Shown: positions 53,401 through 64,000 of the stretch, piece after piece
How the letters are laid out: each line of letters opens with the position of its first letter
Position numbering within the stretch: position 1 is the first letter of the stretch
From: Malacoraja senta
Taxonomy: Eukaryota
Assembly (NCBI GenBank): GCA_038087875.1
Contig: CM075991.1
Coordinates: 12,402,001-12,466,000 of the forward strand
Direction: 5' to 3'
DNA length: 64,000 nucleotides
Made by a program: the position numbers and the translations under genes
Notes under the pieces: generated by a model
Databases searched by the model: none
Told to the model about the DNA's origin: nothing
The model's input: only the letters and a program-made list of their open reading frames with translations

Positions 53401-55559
53401 ACATGCCTCAACTGCTCCAATTAAGTCCAGCTGATATTTCTCAGAAGGAACTGCAGATGCTGGAAAAATCAAAGGCAGACAAAAATGCTGGAGAAACTCA
53501 GAGGGTGAGGCAGCATCTATGGAGCGAAGGAAATAGGCAACGTTTCGGGTCGAGACCCTTCTTCAGACTGGTCGCCCTCCCCCGCCCCACCCACATCAGT
53601 CTGAAGAAGGGTCTCGACCCGAAACGTCGCCTATAGATGCTGCCTCACCCGCTGAGTTTCTCCAGCATTTTTGTCTAAGATGAGAAAACACTTTTTCACA
53701 CAGAGAGTGGTGAGTCTGTGGAATTCTCTGCCTCAGAGGGCGGTGGAGGCCCATTCTCTGGATACTTTCAAGAGAGAGCTAGATAGGGCTCTTAAAAATA
53801 GCGGAGTCAGGGGATATGGGGAGAAGGCAGGAACGGGGTACTGATTGTGGATGATCAGCCATGATCACATTGAATGGCGGTTCTGGCTCGAAGGGCCGAA
53901 TGGCCTACTCCTGCACCTGTTGTCTATTGTCTATAAGTCCGCCGGATAGATCTGTGAAATGTATATTGTGGATGAGGCTTGTTGATGTCAGGCCTGTGTT
54001 CTGCCTTTACTAAGAGGGGGGTGGACAGGCGTGTGATTTGTTCCTGGCCAACTCCAGCTGCCGGAGGAGGTAGTTGAGGCAGGAAGGAACTGCAGATGCT
54101 GGTTTAAACCAAAGATACTATAACAACCTTGAAAAGACATTTGGACAGGCAGGCCCTCTCGTAGATGAACTGGGGCCCAGGCCAATTTCAATTTTAGAGG
54201 CCCCCAAACCAAGATCCCATTGAAGCATTAAAGAAGGAACTGCAGATGCTGGAAAATCGAAGGTACACAAAAATGCTGGAGAAACTCAGCGGGTGCAGCA
54301 GCATCTAAGGAGCGAAGGAAATAGGCAACGTTTCGGGCCGAAACCCTTCTTCAATTGAAGCAGACAGGCACGAGGCCAATGCCAAATGGATTCGGTGTCC
54401 CCCCCCCCTCTGAGAGGGGCCTGTGGACAGGTGCATGGAAAGGGCTGGTTTAGAGGGATATGGGCCAAACGTGGGCAGATGGCACCAGTGTAGATGGGGC
54501 ATGTTGGTCGGCAGGGGCAAGTTGGGCCGAAGGGCCTGGCTTTCGGTGCTGTGTGACTCTGTGAGTCTGTCACTGAATTCTTTCCCCAGTGTCTGCAATA
54601 TTACGGGGGGAGCTGCGGTCAGCGGTCGATGGGGGTGTGGGTGAGGGGAGGGGGGGGGGAAACAATGGGGGAGCCGGCGTGGGGAGGGGGGAAACAATGG
54701 AGAAGTCAGCGTGCTTCATAACGTTGTGGGTGGCGGCTATCTGTACAACTTGGGCACGCAAGCAAAGAATCTCACTGTGCCATGTCGCGTGTGACTATAA
54801 AATGTTCCACTCCAGTCTCAGAGTGTGCGCGCAACGTTCTGGGGTAGTGCGCGGGACAGCAGAACGCCGGGGCGAGGAGATGGTGGAAGTAGAGGTGATG
54901 AACGTGGGGCGATGGGAACAGGACCAACGTTCGCAGGTCGGAACGGGATATCCCAGCGAGGGATGAAAGGAAGTCTAGTCAATAACGTGGGAGAAAATCC
55001 CAGCTTGGAACAGCTTCCGAAGCACTGATCCCATCCCAGTACTCCAGGAAAATGTGGCTCAGCCAACCTAGTGGCTCTCCGAACACTTATTCCCACTGGG
55101 AATGTCAGGTAACAGATCCATGCGTCTGGTTACGTCTGTCGGTAGAAAGATAATAATCGGGACAGATCCTGGCCAAGTATTCTTTATTAATGGCAGTCGA
55201 CATCCAGAGAACAAGAGTGGCTGGCACAGCTGTCACACTGCGTGGCACACACCTTTCTTTAAGGTTCCCTTTGGTACAATGAATGGAAGAAAACCCCCCC
55301 ATCTACAAGCAAATAAATAGAAATACTGAGTTGAGACAACAGTGTCGGCATACGTAGGGAGCTGAGTGACCGATTGTGACATCATGAATGCGATGGATAT
55401 TCACAAGTGGGATTGTGGCAGAGACTCCCAAGGATCAAGTAGATTAGTGGCAGTAATACCCAGACACCAGCGAGATTCCGGGATGTTGGAAGAGTCCCTA
55501 ATTGGCAATGACCAAGTCTCAAAGACTGGTCTTGTTTCCCTGGATGGACAGGTAAAGAT

Positions 55560-56118
55560 TGCTGGAGTAACTCAGCGGGTCAGGCAGCATCTGTGGAGAA
55601 CATGGATAGGTGACGTTTCACACAGTGCTGGAGTAACTCAGCGGGACAGGCAGCATCTGTGGAGAACATGGATAGGTGACGTTTCACAGAGTGCTGGAGT
55701 AACTCAGTGGGTCAGGCAGCATCTGTGGAGCAAAGGAAATGGGCAACCTTTCGGGCCAAAACCCTGAAGGAAATAGGCAACGTTTCGGGCCGAAACCCGG
55801 AAGGGTTTCAGGCCGAAACGTTGGCTATTTCCTTCGCTCCATAGATGCTGCCGGAACATGGATAGGTGACGTTTCACAGAGTGCTGGAGTAACTCAGCGG
55901 GTGAGGCAGCATCTGTGTAGAACATGGATAGGTGACGTTTCGGGTCGAGACCCTCCTTCAGACTGATGTCAGGGGAGTGGGCAGGACAGAGATAGCATGT
56001 AGTCGGAGACGGTCAGACTGGTGGGAGAACTGGGACGGTGGAGGGGATGGAGAGAGGGAGAAAGCAAGGGCTATCTGAAGTTAGAGAAGTCAATGTTCAT
56101 ACCGCTGGGGTGCAGGCT
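55560..56118 (-). mobile_element. Penelope 3' end (SLHPSGMNIDFSNFR*) running directly into the composite 66-bp array element (copy 3)
   Basis: Reverse complement of 56070-56118 encodes the GIY-YIG terminus; then UTR, ribozyme-like motif, 66-bp units and core. Confidence 0.8.
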
Positions 56119-56708
56119 GGTAATGGTAAGAATCTTTTAGCAATGGTCGGGTATGATGGGCAAGAGGGCATCGGTTTAACAGGAGAGGCAGGAGGTAGAG
56201 AGAGAGGAATATTGATTAAGGGGAGTGAGCTGCTCTCGTGTTATTTAAGAAGCAATTTGACAAGCATTTGAATCACCGAGGCAAAGCAATTGGACAAATG
56301 CCGATAGATGGGCACAATGGGTTGGCATGGACTTGGCGGGCCGAAGGGCCTGTTTCTGTGCTTGTAAGTCGCAGGCCAGCATTGGGGCGCATGTACCTAC
56401 ACGTGTGTGTACCCTGGGCTTGGAGAGGCTGCATGTGCCAACACATGTCATAGTGGGATACAGGACACAGGAGCAGCCATCCCACTGGAGTGGTTGGACA
56501 ATGGAGTGAGTATAATCAAAGCACAATCACTGGCGACCCTCCGGCAGGGGGAGCAGCACATGGTGGGTGGCAGGGCCAGCCATGAGTCAGTGTGGGGCAG
56601 CAGTCACACCACTGGATCTGTCAATGGACAAAGGAGAGAGAGAATGAAGTGAGTCACAGTCGGATAGCATGGAAATAAGCCCAGTGAGTCTGCACCCCAG
56701 CACAAAGC

Positions 56709-58437
56709 CCCCACCCACACTAACCCCACACTTACCCCACACCCACCCGCACCCACCCACACTAACCCCACACTAACCCCACACTATCCCCACACCCACC
56801 CACACTAACCCCGCACTAACCCCGCACTAACCCCACACTAACCCACACCCACCCACACCCACCCACACTAACCCCACACCCACCCACACTAACCCCACAC
56901 CCACCCACACTATCCCCACACTAACCCCACACTATCCCCACACTATCCCCACACCCACCCACACTATCCCCACACTAACCCCACACTATCCCCACACTAA
57001 CCCCACACTAACCCCACACTAACCCCACACTAACCCCGCACCCACCCACACTAACCCCGCACTAACCCCGCACTAACCCCGCACTAACCCCGCACTAACC
57101 CCGCACTAACCCACACCCACCCACACCCACCCACACTAACCCCACACTAACCCCACACTAACCCCACACTAACCCCACACCCACCCACACTAACCCACAC
57201 TAACCCCACACTAACCCCACACTAACCCCACACTAACCCCACACTAACCCCACACCCACCCACACCCACCCACACTATCCCCACACTAACCCCACACTAA
57301 CCCCGCACTAACCCCACACTAACCCACACCCACCCACACCCACCCACACCCACCCACACTAACCCCACACTAACCCCACACCCACCCACACTAACCCACA
57401 CTAACCCACACCCACCCACACTAACCCACACCCACCCACACCCACCCCACACCAACCCCACACTAACCCCACACTAACCCACACTAACCCACACTAACCC
57501 CACACTAACCCCACACTAACCCCACACTAACCCCACACTAACCCCACACTAACCCACACCCACCCACACCCACCCACACTAACCCCACACTAACCCCACA
57601 CCCACCCACACTAACCCCACACTAACCCCACACTAACCCCACACTAACCCCACACTAACCCCACACTAACCCCACACTAACCCCACACTATCCCCACACT
57701 AACCCCACACCCACCCACACTAACCCCACACTAACCCCACACTAACCCCACACTAACCCCACACTAACCCCACACTAACCCCACACTATCCCCACACCCA
57801 CCCACACTAACCCCACACTAACCCCACACTAACCCCACACTAACCCCACACTAACCCCACACTAACCCCACACTAACCCACACCCACCCACACTAACCCC
57901 ACACTAACCCCACACTAACCCCACACTAACCCCACACTAACCCCACACTAACCCCACACTATCCCCACACTAACCCCACACTATCCCCACACTAACCCCA
58001 CACCCACCCACACTAACCCCACACTAACCCCACACTAACCCCACACTAACCCCACACTAACCCCACACCCACCCACACTAACCCCACACTAACCCCACAC
58101 TAACCCCACACTATCCCCGCACTATCCCCACACTATCCCCACACCCACCCACACTATCCCCACACTAACCCCACACTAACCCCACACTAACCCCACACTA
58201 ACCCCACACTAACCCCACACTAACCCCACACTAACCCCACACTATCCCCACACCCACCCACACTATCCCCACACTAACCCCACACTAACCCCACACTAAC
58301 CCCACACTAACCCCACACTAACCCCACACTAACCCCACACTAACCCCACACTATCCCCACACTAACCCCACACTAACCCACACTAACCCACACTAACCCC
58401 ACACCCACCCACACTATCCCCACACCCACCCGCACTA
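56709..58437. repeat. About 1.7 kb 11-bp satellite (CACTAACCCCA)n, telomere-like
   Basis: Variants CACTATCCCCA, CACCCACCCA, CACTAACCCCG; G strand is TGGGGTTAGTG. Confidence 0.95.
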
Positions 58438-58525
58438 GAGTAGAGTCTCAATGGGATCCTAAGGTTTTAATTCGTGACTTAATGTCCTTTGTTCCAGCAT
58501 TAGCGGTGCATTTGTGTCTGGGTTT

Positions 58526-58725
58526 NNNNNNNNNNNNNNNNNNNNNNNNNNNNNNNNNNNNNNNNNNNNNNNNNNNNNNNNNNNNNNNNNNNNNNNNNNN
58601 NNNNNNNNNNNNNNNNNNNNNNNNNNNNNNNNNNNNNNNNNNNNNNNNNNNNNNNNNNNNNNNNNNNNNNNNNNNNNNNNNNNNNNNNNNNNNNNNNNNN
58701 NNNNNNNNNNNNNNNNNNNNNNNNN
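58526..58725. other. Assembly gap (200 N)
   Basis: Same fixed length as the other gap, so true size is unknown. Confidence 0.98.
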
Positions 58726-59349
58726 CCGACCAGCGATCCCCGCGACTAACACCACCCTACACACACTAGGGACAATTTACACTTATACCAATTAACCTAC
58801 AAACCTGTACGTCTTTGGGGTGTGGGAGAAACCGAAGATCTCGGAGAAAACCCACGGGGAGAACGTGCAAACTCCGTACAGACAGCACCCGTAGTGGGGA
58901 TCGAACCCGGGTCTCTGGCGCTGCAAGCGCTGTAAGGCAGCAACTCTCCCGCTGCTCCAACGTGGCCGCCATCTTCCCCAACTCCTTCTCCCTCGACTCT
59001 TCTGGGATCGGTTCAAAGTTTGTGAAACTCCGTCCCAACAAGTTGCTGAAGTTATGGAAGAATTCGCAGCCAGAGGGACACAGGACGAAGCAAACAGAAG
59101 GAGAGGTCAGGCCCTGGTCACAGATGGATGATAAGATTATTCCAGACAGGGGAATGTGGAGACACAGCAGAATGGGAGATGAATTTAAGCCAATTCATCT
59201 GTAAAACACGCAGAGAATTGGAAGGTAGGACAAAAAAATGCTGGAGAAACTCAGCGGGTGAGGCAGCATCTACGGAGAAAAGGAGTAGGCGATGTTTTGG
59301 GTCGAGACCCTTCTTCAGTCTTCTCAACCCAAAATATTGCCTACTCCTA

Positions 59350-63190
<3,841 letters not shown>

Positions 63191-64000
63191 GTAAGGGTCA
63201 AGGCCAGACCGCTCCCCCGTGGACTCACTCGCACCCACCTGGCTGTAGACGGCCACTGTGTCTTCACCAGTGTGTCTCTGGGCTGGAGGTAGACCCGCAC
63301 CCACCTGGCTGTACATGGCCAGTGTGTCTCTGGGCTGGAGGTAGACACTAAAAGCTGCAGTAACTCTGCTTATTGTCACATGTATCGAGGGACAGTGAAA
63401 AGCCTTTTGTTTGCGAGCTATGCAGTCAGTGGAAAGACAATACGTGATTACAATTGATCCATTCACAGTGTATGGATTAATGATCAGTGCAAGGTAGAGC
63501 CAGTAATGTCCGATCAAGGATAGTCCGAGGGTCACCAATGCAGAGCTGCCAAGTTATTTTCCGTATTTTTGTGCGGGAATGCGTTAAGAATACGGATGTA
63601 CGGATTTGCTTTGTAAAATGCGGATTTTTAAAAAGTCGGCCTGACTTCCTGTTTCATCTTGCTGCTTAAATAATGCAGGGATTTAAAAAGTCCTACTGTA
63701 ACTCTAAACATTATAGCAGATTAAATCTATTAATATTTTAAATGTCAATATCTGGGTGATTATTTTTGTAAGCTTTGATATACCTGTCCCGCTACAGGTT
63801 TAAACAGCGCTGGCAGTTTAGCCCGTGGGAATTTAAACAAAGCACTATGGCCGCAGCGCTATGGGTCAAAGACTGTTCGGGGAGGGAGAAAGAGAGAGGG
63901 AGAAGGAGAGAGGGAGCGAGAGGGAGGGAGGTAAGAAGAGAGGGAGGGAGGAAAAAGAGGAGGGAGAGAGAGTGGGAGGGAGGGAAAGAGAAGGAGGGAG

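Noticed and set aside
56709..58437. Canonical interstitial telomere
   Set aside because: Period is 11, not 6; no tandem TTAGGG.
59110..59140. QMDDK peptide as the missing upstream DOCK exon
   Set aside because: Surrounding residues do not resemble DOCK and no suitable splice sites were seen.
63231..63345. Two-copy tandem duplication after the DOCK donor
   Set aside because: Real but ordinary intronic duplication with no further signal.
63541..63880. Possible hAT-like transposon end (CAGAGCTGCCAAG); also CAAGGGTTCCCAACCT at about 35833
   Set aside because: No partner TIR or TSD seen in the window; too weak to call.

Overview
Vertebrate genomic DNA, very probably a cartilaginous fish (skate/ray-like). 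This is inferred from dense HE1-type V-SINEs, HER1/CR1 LINE fragments and Penelope-type repeats. Two host genes can be read from the sequence. (1) On the - strand, an 8-exon KCNIP3 (KChIP3/calsenilin/DREAM) CDS (34166->11772) that uses the hydrophobic KChIP3x-type first exon. (2) On the + strand, five internal exons of a DOCK-A GEF, best matching DOCK5 (59697-63190); I recognised no earlier DOCK exon in the window. Both genes carry single-base deficits inside short homopolymers (KCNIP3 exon 3 is 68 nt rather than 70; the last DOCK exon has a -1 frameshift). These look like long-read consensus errors rather than pseudogenisation. The rest is mostly nested retroelements and TE-derived tandem arrays, plus a >=6.7 kb degenerate (CA)n satellite and two 200-N gaps. 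Most notable signals: (a) the very abundant palindromic repeat is the 3' end of Penelope-like elements and carries a minimal hammerhead-ribozyme motif; (b) a non-coding composite of 66-bp tandem units plus a fold-back core recurs at four dispersed sites; (c) an LTR plus exactly 18 nt of tRNA-Leu PBS sits between two unrelated repeats, resembling captured plus-strand strong-stop DNA; (d) KCNIP3 is either nested antisense in a DOCK5 intron or joined to it across a gap. Orthologue comparisons are from memory and need database confirmation.
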